From the NCBI RefSeq assembly GCF_009914755.1, contig NC_060929.1: DNA of 64,000 nt; one strand, given 5' to 3'. Both the position numbers and the translations under genes were made by a program. Below are positions 1 through 14,050 of the stretch, piece by piece. This stretch comes from the human T2T-CHM13v2.0 reference genome, Homo sapiens. The notes under the pieces were generated by a model that had not been told where the DNA came from, searched no databases, and worked only from the letters and a program-made list of their open reading frames with translations. Each line of letters opens with the position of its first letter. Position 1 is the first letter of the stretch.

Positions 1-699
1 TGTGTTCCTCTGCTAACTGAAACTGAAGGCTGTGTTCCCAGTTCTTACAGTCATTTGACAAATACATCAACAAGAATTAGCCACCAACATGATTTCCTTG
101 GCCTCCCACAGTCAGAATAATAAAAAGAAATTCCTTCCATGATCTCTTTATTTTAACACACCGGTTGTTATTTAGTGTATCATCAGGAGGCTGTAGGCAA
201 ATCGCTGGCTGGCTGTCACAGTCAACATCAACCCCTTTGAAGTCAATGACACTAAATGGAAACACTAGAAGTGCCATTAATGAGCATGTTTTAATAATGC
301 TACTGAAGTCTTTTACATTTCAAGAAAAGTACCAGAAATAACTCTGTAGAGTTTATGGTAGCACGATTGAAGTGTTGCTAATCATTATATATCGGTTTAT
401 TAATCATTATAAATGCCATCACAGTTAAATGTTATTTGGATTGTTCATATGCTTAACATTGAAGGTGTAATTAAGAAATGGCCTGATTGATACCAGGCGA
501 GTCGGTCTCAGTTGAACTAGGATTTCATTGAATGTAGTCCTCAGGGTGGATGGTATTGAATGGATCCACAGCACTGGGGTTCTATGGAGGTTCTTGCATC
601 AACGTCCCAAAAGTTCGGGTCCTTCTCTCCTCCTCCACACCCTCCATTACACAAGTGCCCCAGAGTCAGCGTAGTATCTATCCAACAGACACCCATGAG

Positions 700-922
700 T
701 GGGGCTGCATATATAACAAATAAAGATACTGGATGTGGACCTGAATTTGAATTTCAGAGAAACATCGAGTATTTTTGTTAGATTAAATACAAATTTAAGA
801 TAAACAGAAGATATATAATTTGTTAGTAAAGCTACAGTTCAGACTTAGACTAATGTAATTATTCATTGTTTATCTGAAGTTTAAATTTAACTAAGCGCCC
901 TGTATTTTATCTGGCAACTCTA
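700..922. mobile_element. MER53-like palindromic hAT MITE
   Basis: Arms 'ggggctgcatatataacaaataaagatactgg' and 'ccctgtattttatctggcaactcta'. Degenerate 8-bp TSD cccatgag/cccagggg. Confidence 0.8.
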
Positions 923-1794
923 CCCAGGGGAAACATGTGTGGAGCCTTTTATGGTCTAGAGATCTGCCTCTAGGTGGGACCATGATGGCCATCTGAGCAT
1001 ATGTACCTGTCCTTCTCCCACCCCCAGGCCCTGGAAATTAAAAAAAAAAAATAGATGTGTTTAATGAGAAATTTCACAAAACTGACAGAAGACAAGGAGA
1101 AGGTGTCATGTGGGTCAGAAACCTTGAGAAATTCCTGAAAGACAGAAAGAAACCTGGCTCATCTTAACAGAGGAAATTGCAGCCTCAGAAATGAACTAAA
1201 AAGGTTGCTGGAAAATGTTGTAGTATGTCTAGGGATGCCCCGAGCTCAGAGACAACAAACGCAATGAGCAAACGAAACAGAAGCTATAGAGATTAATTGG
1301 GGGAGCATGTTCAGAAGTGCTGAACAAAGAGTGCCTGCTGCTCCACCCTGTGTCAAGCAGCAGGAGCATAGTCTGTCTAGATAGAGCCACCAGGGTGACC
1401 ACTTGGGCTATAGAGGCAGAGAGGTGCCCCGAATGACTGTTGATAATTGGGTGCACCAGAAAATGAGAACCTGCTATACACCAACATCCTCAATGATCTC
1501 CAATTATATGGAAAGCAAAATGGAATCCACAGATAGGAGATCACAGACTCTCAAGATGACCAAAATTATTAGAAAAACCAACATCAAAATAAAGAGGCAT
1601 TGAAGAGCAGACACATGCAGAAACAGGGTTAAAGTAGCAACTATTAGGCTTTAAAAGTAGTGTAATTAATATCTTTAAATATTTAAGATATCATCTAATA
1701 TAAATGAAAAAGAACAGGCTGCAATGGGGAAAGCATATTTTAGAAATAAAAAATAGGATTATTTGTAATTTCAAAAATATAAAACTCCTTGGGG

Positions 1795-2250
1795 ACCAAC
1801 CCAAATGTCCATCAATGCAGACTAGATAAAGAAAATGTGGTACATCTACACCATGGAATACTATGCAGCCATAAAAAGGAATGAGATCATGTCGTCTTCA
1901 GGGACATGGATGAAATTGAAAGCCATCATCCTCAACAAACAAACACAGGAACAGAAAACGCAACACCACATGTTCTTACTCATAAGTGGGAGGTGAACAA
2001 TGAGAACACATGGACACAGGGAGGGGGAACAACACACACAGGCACCTGTTGAGTGGGGTGGATTGTGAGGGGGAGGGAGAGTGTCAGGAGAAATAGCTAA
2101 TGCATGTGGAGCTTAAAACCTAGATGATGGGTTGATAGGTGCAGCAAACTGCCATGGCACATGTATACCTATGTAACGAACCTGCACGTTCTGCACATGC
2201 ATCCTGGAACCTAAAGTAAAATCAAAAATAAATAAACAAATAAATAGATA
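1795..2250 (+). mobile_element. L1PA 3' end (approx. L1PA8-L1PA13), 5'-truncated
   Basis: 'caacccaaatgtccatcaatg...ccatggaatactatgcagccataaaaaggaatgagatcatg...gtaacgaacctgcacgttctgcacatg' plus A-rich tail. Degenerate TSD aatataaaactccttggg/aatacaactccctggg. Confidence 0.92.
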
Positions 2251-2259
2251 AATACAACT

Positions 2260-2830
2260 CCCTGGGTTAAATTGCAAAGTTAACACAGCTAAACATCAAA
2301 TCAATTAACTGGAAGATGGCATTGAGACAAGGAGACAGTCAAGAGAGATGTGTAAGCTCCAGAACCCACTGAATGAAAGTTCTAGAGGGGAAGAACAAAG
2401 ATCATCGATGGGAGGAAATACTCACATAAAAAAAAAGAAGAAACAGAAATAGAAATGCATGGAAAAAAATGGACTCCTCAGACTATAATAAGACAGAATG
2501 CAAGAAGAAACCTTACATATAAAGTGATGAAATTCTGTAACAGATGATGAGAAAATCTGAAAAGCTGTCTAAAAAGGGGGCCAGAGGTAGAAAACTTTAC
2601 CTATGATAATCTGCTTCTCCTCACAGTTCTGAATGGCCACACTGAATGCTAAAAGACAATAGAGTCATCTTTTCAAATTTTCAAAAGAAAAATTGTTGTG
2701 ATTTTGAAATTAGCACCCTCTACTCCACAAACTTGTGTTCAGCTGGGAGATTTCTAGATATGCAAAAATTCATAGTTTGCCAACCATAGATTGTCTCTGA
2801 AAAAAAAAACTAGTAGAAAATGCATACAAA
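2260..2830 (+). mobile_element. Ancient L1M/HAL1 ORF1-region remnant interrupted by the L1PA
   Basis: A-rich degenerate L1 ORF1-like sequence ('aattaactggaagat', 'aaaagacaatagagtcatcttttcaaa'). Boundaries approximate. Confidence 0.45.
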
Positions 2831-3028
2831 CAAAACAAAACACTATCACAAGTCATGGGAAGAAAAGTAACATACACTATAAAGTAAGAAAGATACACTG
2901 GTAAGTACAAGAACCAATAAAACTTTCATTTAAGCCTAAGTAACTGTTAATTGGAAATCAAAAAATTAATAACAATCTGGAACTAAAACCCCTGGAAAAT
3001 AAGAAGTTCATATTAATTATGGTCTTAC

Positions 3029-3200
3029 GTGGCAGCAGGCATTATTCTAAACTCTTTTTGTGTGTTAGCTCACTTAATCTTCACAATAACCCTAAAAGGC
3101 ATTTACTACTATTATCATTTTATAGATTTGGAAACTGAAGGCCAGGGAGTTAAAACCTTGGCCAAAGGTCACAGAGGTAGGAAGGGATGGGTTTGAGCAG
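3029..3200. mobile_element. MIR
   Basis: 'cacttaatcttcacaataaccct...cattttatagatttggaaactgaaggccagggagttaa...aaggtcacag' MIR core. Confidence 0.8.
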
Positions 3201-6200
3201 GACACCAACCATGGGAATCGGCTCCAGAGACTCCAGGCAACCCATAAGCTCAGGCGTCAAGGCTGAAGGGTGGAGGTTTGGGGGAAAGATGGAAAGCAGT
3301 GAAATGGGGAGAGGAAGGTTCTTGTTTGATTGTTGGTTAGAATTCCATAATAATTCCATATGTGGAGGAAGAGGATATAGTTCACTCTACTTTAAAGAGT
3401 TAAGTGAAAGTGTTAAGTGTGATCTCTAACACAGAAATAGAACATACAATTTCCAAAATGATAGGACACCCCTCCACTCACTCCAGTCTTTTTTTATATT
3501 GCTTAGTAGAATTTTATGTCTTGTCCATATGGTTGCCACATATTCTTTTAATTTTTAGGTATTCTGTATTTTTCCTGTCATTGTGAATGGATCACATTAT
3601 GTTGTTATATATGAACGAGCAATTGTTAGTAAATAGAAAATTAACTTTCGCACATTTATTGTGTAACTCATACCCCTACTGAACTCTTATTTTTCTAATA
3701 CTTATAATTGGTCATCTTGTGTTTGGGGGGCCAAAAATGTGGACTAATTTTATATTTTCCACTTCAACATGCAAAATTTTTCTATCCTTTTTTATCCAGC
3801 TGTATTGCATAGAACTTCCCTAAAGCATTAAATCATACGGGGATAGCTGACCTCATCATTTCACCACCTTTAAGGGGAAGAAGCTGGTTACCCCATAGGG
3901 TAGTTTATGTTCTGTGTCTATAGGTACTGAAGGAGCTGTTGAACATTCTACTAAACGCTTGCCTGTGAGGCTATTCAGTCCCCACTTTGGCTTCTCGAGT
4001 TTCAGGCTGAATTACTGGCTCTTTCCTCCTTCCTTGGACATGTAAAATTGGTCTAGATTGGCATGTCCACCTACACATGAACCCAGATGAAGTCTCAGAG
4101 GAACCACACTCCTAGATCTCACCACTGGACATTTTACATCTTGCGTGATGTTTAAGAGACACTTATAAGATGACTCCAGATGCAAAATATGCTGCCTTTC
4201 ACATGTAAGCTTCTTGTGAAAGAACTCTGGACATTAATTTTGAACTATCATATTCTACCATCATTCTGTCCTATTATCAGCCTGAAAGCATGTTATTCAT
4301 TATGGCCCTCAGGTCAGGAAAATCAATGACTAATCTCAACTCTGTATCTATTGAACATTGATAGCTGCATGGGTCATATGTCTGACATAAGACTTTGTCC
4401 TCAAGTTAATCAATTCCTACACTGATGCGGCCTATGCTCTCTCACGCAGCCCTTGTGTGTTCCCAGATGACACGTATTTATTTACAACATTTACTTGTTA
4501 TATTCTAGAATAAAATTTTCCCATTTGGAGTCTTTTCTGAAAACAAAAGGGCATTAGGTCTAGGACAAATCCACCATAAGGTTCAAAGATTTTGGAAAGA
4601 AGAATGTTAGAAATCTATGTATGAAGTTCTTTCTGAATCGAGCATATTTTAATATGGACTATTTTCCTGTGTTCTTTTGCATTTTAAGTCAACACCATCT
4701 TCTTCTCAAAAGCATCTTTTGACATGTTCAATGGTTGGTTGGTTTGATTGGTTTCATTTCTGGCTATTTACTTTGTGGTTACCTCCAGAGAGAAATCACT
4801 TAACATTTTCATGAGTATCAGGCCTCTGAATAACGTGAAATCTTGGGCAGGGCTCATGTACCATTTTCTCAAGGGCTTTCCCAATACTCAGTCAGGCAGG
4901 TTGACACATACAACCATTACATCCAAAAAGCATCCTTCAGCAGCTTTGGCCCAAATAAAAGAAACAGAATTGAGCTAACAATGAGTTCCTTTACTTCTAA
5001 TGAAAATTGCTCAACAAAGAACCAAATGTTAGCATATATATATATACCTGCTCTCAGAATGCTTACTAAACGGCAGGTGCGGTGTTAGGCTTGGGGTATA
5101 AGGGTTTCCTTCCATCTAATTAAAATTATGCAAAAGGGAACAAAATGTCAGCCTTTCCATAAAACGCATACCTTTGGAATCTCTCTTAGGAAACAGGCCC
5201 TGTGTCTGGCTAGAAATGTAAGGTGGGAAGGAGGGCCAGGGCACCCACAGGGATGGCGGTAAATGTATTTTGCCACAAGTAAATGGATTGTGCCAGATGT
5301 TGTGGGTTACACGGCCAATATGTCTGATCTATAATATTCACTTTAAGTATAAGAAATTTTGAGAAAACCACTCTTCAAATAGCATGATCAAAATGATTCA
5401 AATAGAATATTTTTAAGTGAAGTAGGTATTTAACACTTAAGAAACAAAAGTGTTTTTGAAAAAGGGCTTGGAGGCTAGGAGTGGCTCTAAATGGGAATAG
5501 CTGATATAAATTGTCAGTGGATAGATTATTTCTAACATCATCCATTCCAATAACAGTGCAAATTTCTATCTAGTAAGTTACTCAAGTGAGTATCTGCTTT
5601 AAGTACACTGACTTCAAGTACCACTCAAAATTTCTAATCTTTGGCTATGTGATGTCAAACTTTCTTTGCTACTAAATGATCTCACATGCCTCTAGCTCCA
5701 TGCTGCTGTTGATGTTTTCTTCTTGCTATGTGATTTTGCAGAAGACATGGAAGTTGGCAGGCTAGCTGAAATGAATACTCCAGAAACTCATAATTAGAGA
5801 AGAAAATGATTCTTATCTACTCCCCAAACATACTGAATTCCTTGGTGAGGCTATGCAGGTAAGATAATAAAAAATACATAAAATGTCTGAGCAAATTTCA
5901 TCAAAATAAAAGCATTTAACAAATAAGATTGTCAACTTTCTTCTGCTCATTTGACTAAAAATTTAAAAAAATAGCAATGGATGCAATTTGAGAATACTAA
6001 AACAGGCCCAATATGAATTCACTAAAGGCCTAACACAGCAGAGGAGAAAACCAAAGGCAAACGTAATATATCTTATTTAAACTGACACAAGCTTTGTTTT
6101 GACACAACCTATGGTTACATTGTAGTTTTTGGAGACTGTAAATCAGATGTTTAGGACTGAGAAAGAAGAAAATAGAAGATCATTTTCTTCTTTCATAGGA

Positions 6201-6978
6201 TCCATTATTTTTCTCCGTATTTGAAAAAAAAATTTTAATAATTATTACACTAAAATTATGCTTTGGCTATCAATATTTTATTTCATGAGATATCAAAATC
6301 ATCCACTAAAGCAGATGTATAATAAATAAATAAATGTATTCCTCTTTCAGGGCAATATCCAGTTGCTGTACTCAAGCAGGCTGGTGTGAAGGGTCACGTG
6401 CAGCTCTTAAAATAAATGGTCTGCAAAGCTCCAACACTAATGCCTAATCCCATATCTTGTCCTGAGTATGTGGCCCTCTTCCCGGGGATGCCCCCTGTGA
6501 CTCCTTGGGGCAAACCTACTTAGAGAGGTCTAAGGAAGCCTGCCCAGGGGAAGAGTGTCCTGGACAATGACCTCACACTTAGGCAAGACTTAAATCTGGC
6601 TTCTTTTATTCAAATTATCTCAGAGCTGGTAAGTGGCAATTGGCCAATGCTCAGGCTGTCCCCACTGTCACATGTGGCCTGCCTTTCCACTGTGTCTTCT
6701 TCTAGATATACAAAGCAGTTACAGCAGGTACTGCACCTATTGCTTTTTGTCAGCCTCATGGAGTGGCTCTTATGCCACAGAGTTGTCCAAACCCATGGGC
6801 AAAAACAGATAAAATGGAAGCCAGGAGTCTCCACCCACAGAGACAGGGACAAGTTATTCTCCTCAGATGTCTATAGAATGTGGCCAGCACATTGTTCGCG
6901 ATGTCCTCAAGTTCAGTTTTGGACAGAAACGGTCATACTTATATGACACACACCCATTTGCCTCAGTTTCCCCCACTA

Positions 6979-7209
6979 GGAGACAGTAAAAAGATTGGCG
7001 GTTGTCAGGGGCTGAGGGGAGGGAGGGATGAACAGGAGAGCACAGGGGATTTTCGGGGCATGAGACTGGTCTGCATGATGTTCTATTGGTGGATGCATGT
7101 CATTACACATTTGTCCAAATCCATAGAATATACAATACCAAGAGTGAACCCTAATGTAAACTATGAACTCTGGGTGATAATGATGTGCCAATGTAGGTTG
7201 ATCGATTGC
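6979..7209 (+). repeat. 231-bp copy of 8600-8830 (L1MC internal piece)
   Basis: Direct ungapped alignment with 10 mismatches. Confidence 0.95.
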
Positions 7210-7811
7210 CCCACCCCCACCAGCCACACAACCCACATCAGCACTTTGAAGTTATTCTATATTTATATACTTAGATTGCATACACAACCTGAAGACTTGA
7301 ATGGATGCAAATGCAGGCAAAACAATAAGGAGGTAACAGTTTATAACAGGCAATAAATATTGGCAAATTTCCTGATTAAAGTCAGGTTTAGATTTCTATC
7401 ATCAACTTCAGTGTTGTCTTTCATCAGATCACCTTTAAATTACCACTGCCAAAATAATATTAAAGTAAAAAGAAAAACAACACAAAAATAACAATTCTTT
7501 AATAATAATTAAGAAAAGATGTTGTATTACCACTAACATTTTACCCATTCAAAAGGGGCATGATGCCCTAATGCCTTGAAGGTAAACCTGGTAGTCCTAC
7601 AATCATGAGTGGATATTCTTATTCAATATATGCATTGTAAGAAGGAACCACAGATAAAATCAACTGACTTGCCAGCAGTGGTCCTCAACTTACAGACAAA
7701 CACAACTTGCCACTATTCTCTCTCTTCCTTGGCAAATCTATGACCAATCTTCCTGGATTACAGATAGAAGACACACAACAGCTTTTATAAAGTCTATCAG
7801 TTCATTTGGAA

Positions 7812-7930
7812 AGTTCATTCCTTCACCCAAAAGCTATTTATTAAATGCCTGCTGTGTACGACACATTCTTCTTGGAACTGCGGACCCATCAACAAACAAA
7901 TCAGATAAGCAATGGAGCTCGTATTTGGAT
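7812..7930 (-). mobile_element. L2 3' end fragment
   Basis: 'ttcattccttcacccaaaagctatttattaaatgcctgctgtgt' typical L2 tail. Confidence 0.55.
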
Positions 7931-8434
7931 GAGGTAGGAAAGACAACCAACAGCATTCAAAAGTAAATGTTATGAGTTGGAAAGTGGTAGGTTCCATAAA
8001 ATACTATAATCACTTGTTGATGACTTCTTCTGTGCCAGAAAAACACAAATCACCAATAAAGTGTTATTGCACCTTTTTCCAGAAAAGAAAACTAACGTTC
8101 AGAAAGATTAAGAACCTTGCTGAAATTCACACAAATGGGAAAGCTAATGCAGGGATTCCATGTCACATCAGAGGGAGTTTTTCTAGTCATTTCACAATTA
8201 GACCCTTAAGCAATCCAAAAATAGACCCCATTAGTTATCTGAATGGAGGAAACCAGGCTCTATGCATGCTGCACTCTGAGCAAGAAGTTAACACATTGAT
8301 CCTGGACACCAGACAACCCAACATCCATTTACCTCCCTGAGACCCAAGCTCCTCATTATCATCTCCCTAATGTTTGCAACATGCAGTTCTATTTACTTTC
8401 CATTTTTACATAAATCTTTATTTAGAAGAAAATA

Positions 8435-8966
8435 GCATACCATGGAATATTAGCCTGTGCTAAAAAGAAATGAGCTAGCAAGCAATGAAAAGAAATAGAG
8501 GAACCTTTAATGCATATTACTACGTGAAAGAAGCCAATCTAAAAAGGCTACATACTATGTGATTCCAAATATATGACATTCTAGAAAGGGTCAGACCATG
8601 GAGACAGTAAAAAGATTGGTGGTTGCCAGGGGCTGAGGGGAGGGAGGGATGAACAGGAGAGCACAGGGGATTTTTAGGGCATGAGACTGGTCTGCATGAC
8701 GTTCTGTTGGTGGATGCATGTCATTACACATTTGTCCAAATCTGTAGAATATACAACACCAAGAGTGAACCCTAATGTAAACTATGAACTCTGGGTGATG
8801 ATGATGTGCCAATGTAGGTTGATCGATTGCAACAAATAGAGCACTCTAGTGGGGAATGTCAACAATGGAGGAGGCTGTGAATGTAAGAGGGAGGTGGGAT
8901 AGGAGAACACTCTATACTTGTTGCCCAATTTTGCTGTTAACCTAAAACTGCTCTAAAAATAAAGCC
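8435..8966 (+). mobile_element. L1MC (L1MC1/2-like) 3' end
   Basis: 'gaaagaagccaatctaaaaaggctacatactatgtgattcc...caagagtgaaccctaatgtaaactatgaact...aacctaaaactgctctaaaaataaag'. Confidence 0.88.
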
Positions 8967-9100
8967 TAACAGTTCATAAATATATAAATATATATAATAT
9001 AGGCCTATTAGTTCATAAATATATAAATATATATACCTGTAAATATGTATGTAGCAGCATCTATCTATCTATCTATATATATAAAACATTATATATATAT
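8964..9100. repeat. TA-rich low complexity with 39-bp-period tandem duplication
   Basis: 'agttcataaatatataaatatatata' is identical at 8971-8996 and 9010-9035, followed by (CTAT)n/(TA)n. Confidence 0.85.
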
Positions 9101-11639
9101 AAGCATACTGTCATCTCATATTAATGTTTATTCAAAAGGTTGTACAATCCTACACGTATAAATTTTTTTGAAAATGGCCTCTATCTTTCCCACACTTGCC
9201 TAGTTTGATCACTGTGAGACTCCTCAAGAATGATGCCCGGTAAAATTAATTATTAATTATTAACTTATTTATTTCTATGGGGAGAACATCAGTACAGTAT
9301 TTCTGTTTATAAAACAGAATTGAAAGCCATGGGGCAATGGAACTAAGAAGAGAAAAATCTAATTAGGGCCTGACAGCCTTTGATAACAGGATTAAAGTTT
9401 TTTTCCTCCCAACTACTAATATGTGAAGTCAATAGTGTTGTGTTTTCTCTTCTTAGAAATGTGTGGTATGCCCCTGCAAGCAACTTTTCCCATGCTATAA
9501 TGTTTGTAACTCACAGAAAATAAATATGATTTCTTTGATGCACTATCAGGAAGATGTCAGCAAAACATGAAGTGACACACACCAGCAGCCTCTCAGAACC
9601 GAGCTTTACAGAAATGGAAACTTTTGAAAGAATATTTTCTAGCAGCAAGTAACAAAGTATCTGTTTGAATTTGTTTCTTAATATGCTCAGGTTCAATGCA
9701 AAGAATGTAAGGTTACCATAACTTTAACAAGCAGCATCTATTTCCAGCATGTGCTAAATATTGTACCTATTTTTGGTAAATTTTAAAAAATATATTTTAT
9801 ATAAATTCTTATCTGGACCTGTACTTCAAAATGTTCTTCATAAAGGCTGAGCATAAAAATTCCTGTTTAATCAAACCAAATTAAATCAGCAACTATCCAC
9901 AGAGCTCTTCTCCCTTGTGTAATTGGTATTGTGGGCATAATAATAAATAAAATTTAAGATGTAATTTAAGATCTTGGCCTCAAGGTGCCTATCTCTGGGG
10001 GCTATAGGAGAGACAAACAGGACACATCAAAGTTAATTATCTTTTAGCTCTCAAACTCAAGACAATCATAGAAATAGAACATCAAGGCAGTACAATATCC
10101 ATTCAAAAATTGAGTAGGTATATGGTGATGGACATAGATCTCCTTTTCCTTCTGAATATAATCTCTTTGCTTTCCAGATGAATTTCCACAAATGAGACCT
10201 TAATCAGAACAGAGTCTATTCAGGACACATATTGATAATTATCGAGGTCAGTGGCTCCCCAACGCGGCTGCTCATCAGGAGGGCAGATGCTTCCTAATTG
10301 ACACTGCTCCTAGCCCCCAGGCCCTGATCTTCTCACTTAGTAGGTCATGGATGAGTCAGCTTCTGCCAAATCCCCCCCTTCAATGCCCCCCTGAACCAAA
10401 CTAACATTTGTACAGCACTTTAGAATTTCCACAATGTCCCTTATCCTCCTAATTTTTTAATTCTGTGCAAAATCATTGTTGCCATCTTTTAGATGAAAAA
10501 ACACAGATTGTATAACGTGTTCCTGTTTTCAGTCAGTGAATAATAAATACCATGGGTTAAATTTAGATATTAGGCAAGAGATGTTTCCAAAACAAGTATT
10601 TTGTGCTTTAGACTAGCATATATCAGTGGCATCAAATCACGTACAAAAAATTATGCTTTCCAAAGTATCTGGTTCAAGTGTTCAAGGTTCTTCCTAAGAA
10701 ATAACAAATGCAACCTTTGACATATTTCTTTTAAAAATTTTTAACTGTCCATATATATTAAAATATTTATTCTGAAATTACAACTAGAAATTTCAGTAAA
10801 AGAATATTTGTACCTATGTGCACAAACCAACTTCAAAACCAAAGTAATTGTAGGATATTCCAAAGTGTTTAAATTCTATTTTTCTTTCCCCTTTGAGGCT
10901 GCCATTATTTTAGGTAAAACAAAAATCTGTGTTCCTTCTAAGCCATAGGACTTCGATATCTTCAGGGATACCTGGCGTCCCTGTGAGTAATTACCCAGGC
11001 AGTGATTAAACCACCAATACTAGGAGTCAGCAGGCAGGCCGTGTCCACAATAGGAGTTTCTGAATAACAACGTCACACAAGAGCAAATTCAAGAGCTACC
11101 GTGAAGCCCACTCAAGGGAAAGCAAGCAAGTAAATGAGTTGAAACTGGAGGGGAGAAGCTGATTGTTACAGGAGTTCTCTTGCCCTTAGCTTTTACCCAC
11201 CCAAGCAAGACAGCTTGGTTCTCTGTTTGCACAAGGACCATGTTTAGAAATAGAATCTGTGCTCCATCATTAAATATATATTTATTGAATCCCTACTAGT
11301 GCCAGGCCCTGTAGCAAGCCCTCGAATATGAAGGAACAAGACTGAGCCCCACTGTAAGGGAGTTTACATCATTGAATAACCAGCCCCTCAACAAGACTAT
11401 AGTGAGACAAGCGTACACTCAGCAGGATGCGTCCACAGGAGGATGAAGAGAAAACTGGCGGGGCCTCCGGCTCCCACTAGTTCTTGACAGAGCAAACCCA
11501 TTTTCTTTACATTTGAAAGTAGACAGTAATGGGTAAATAATAAATCAGACTATTTGTAGTTTATCCTTAATTCTTCCAGTTTAGCAATTTGTCCCTCTTA
11601 TTTACTTAAACTCTTAATTCAGCCTGCTTAATTTTTCTT

Positions 11640-11810
11640 CATAGTATTTGTTTTTACCTGATCGACTGAATACTCATTGGTTTACTCATTACCCCTCTGC
11701 TCCCCTCTCCCATCCACACACACTAGAATGGAAACTTCATGAGGACCCAGATTTTTGTCACTGTTGTATCCCCAGCATGCTGGGTACATAGTGGGAACTC
11801 AATATTTCTT
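11640..11810 (+). mobile_element. L2 3' end
   Basis: 'cactagaatggaaacttcatgagg...cactgttgtatccccagca...catagtgggaactcaata'. Confidence 0.75.
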
Positions 11811-12157
<347 letters not shown>

Positions 12158-13349
12158 TAATGAAGAATGTATAATTGTATAATCTGTTAAAATGCATTTC
12201 AGATGAAGCTTAAGTGTAATATACTAATAGAAGTTTATTTTATAAGGAAGCACTAGAAACTTCCACCTAGACAGTCCACAGAGGCCACTGAACTGTAATG
12301 AAGCAGCTATCACTAACATTAGAATTACAGTGAATATAGCCAAAAGAAATATTACCATGTTTTTTTCAGATCAGAAAATATGTCTAATTCAACCCAGCTG
12401 GGATGTGGCAGGGTCAAAATTTGAAATTCAGAGTTGTTGGAACTTAAGGTATAAACTCTGTCTGCTCGGTCACCAGCCTGCCTGCCAAGTAGTCAAGAAA
12501 AAAATGACCATCCTGGAGTATTCAATTACCTGAGGAAGGCTGGGTCTCCAAAGGGACTGCCTCGATTTTTCACTTCTACAGAATTTTTAGATATACATTT
12601 CCACAATTTACAGATAAGTCTATGAGGATCTTTTTAAAGCCCATAAAACCACACACGCAACCTGCTACCAGCTACCAGGAGTGACAAAGCTCCGAGTGGA
12701 GCATTTGAGATAATCACCATTCATTTGTGTTTTAATATGCATAGAGAGAACAGGCCTTGAAATAGCCTTGCATATGAATTCAATATTTGTCTTTTAAACT
12801 AGTTAATCTGGTACAGTCTTACAAATGCAATGCCTTATTAAAGAGAGTATCACATGGTAGCATTTTTCTCTCCCCTTTAGTTGAGCACATTAGATACTTA
12901 TAGGGACATGGTATTTCTCTCAGAAACACTTGGGAGCTAGTGAAGCCACAAAGCTAAGGAGATGATCAGCTGATGATCAATGATGAGCTCCCAAGAGTAA
13001 CCAGCCTCTATATAGTCAGCATCACTGGTTTCTCAGGAAAAGCATCACCATTGTTCATCTTGCTGCAAAATGTATGCACAAGTATCTTTTTATTTTTAAA
13101 AAAGCCCTGACATTTTATGACTGCTGCTTTTCTAAGATATTTTCAAATATACAGTCCATACGGTTCAGACACAATGGACTGGGGATAGAGACGGCTATAG
13201 TGCCGATAATGGAGAAACTAGCCAGAGCTTCAGATATTTGTTTTCCAGGACATCTCAATAATTGGGTACACCTCACAATATGTGAGACTTGACGTCGAGT
13301 GGCACGGCATACTCTGGCGCAGGCACTTGATAAAGACTGTGTTTGCAAA

Positions 13350-13530
13350 TACTTAGCCTGCACTTCAAGATACCAGGCATCTAAGCACGTCCCAGATGGT
13401 GACAGTTAATCTTCAAAAAACCCTATGTGGAAGTATTATCATTGTCCTCATTTTACAGATGAGGAAAAAGAGACACAGGGATGTCAATATCTTCCTCAAG
13501 GTCACACAGCAAGTAAGTGATGGAACAGTG
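13350..13530. mobile_element. MIR
   Basis: 'ttaatcttcaaaaaaccctatg...cattttacagatgaggaaaaagagacacag...caaggtcacacagcaagtaagtg'. Confidence 0.85.
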
Positions 13531-13814
13531 GCTCAGCCATGAAGCTATTGCTGTTAACCACTAGGTTGATTTGCCTTCATTAATTTCTTCCTAAAACTGC
13601 ACATTTCCCGTTAGTCCCTCTTTTGGTCTGTCGTTTGACTCTTGGCTACTGCTTAGAGGAAGATTCATTCTATTATTTTCTAACTTAGTAAATTATGTGC
13701 AACTCCTTGGGGACATGACACAGGCAAAGCTGTATACAGAGATGTATGCCAAGACACCATCCCAAGTTAACCCTAACAGTCTATCTGATCCTGTATGTAA
13801 GTGGGTATATTGTA

Positions 13815-14050
13815 AATATTTTTAAATTTTCTGTATACTACGATGTTTTGATAGTTTAAAAAAGCCTTCTGGCTGGGAAGAGACTGCCCCTCCCTGGGCT
13901 AGTCAGTTCTTAAAGATGACCATGGGCCCAACCTGGAGCTTACCTTTGATATGAAAACTAACTGATGCAGAGCCACACCTCCTCTGTTTGGGCCATATGG
14001 CCCCAGGAGGCACTACTCCTCTGTCATAACCATCCTGGGGCCAGGCACCA
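13815..14050 (+). mobile_element. ERVL LTR fragment (MER74/MER73/MER54 group)
   Basis: 'gagactgcccctccctgggctagtcagttcttaaagat...cctttgatatgaaaactaac...ggggccaggcacca'. Confidence 0.6.

Noticed and set aside
6976-8812. Two near-identical His-rich ORFs (AHHxHPEFIVYIRVHSW) resembling a paralog pair
   Set aside because: They are antisense translations of the duplicated L1MC 3' UTR piece.
12520-12548. Second possible recursive site (ccttcctcAG|GTAATT, minus strand)
   Set aside because: Short pyrimidine tract with a competing AG about 10 nt upstream; much weaker than the 49762 site.
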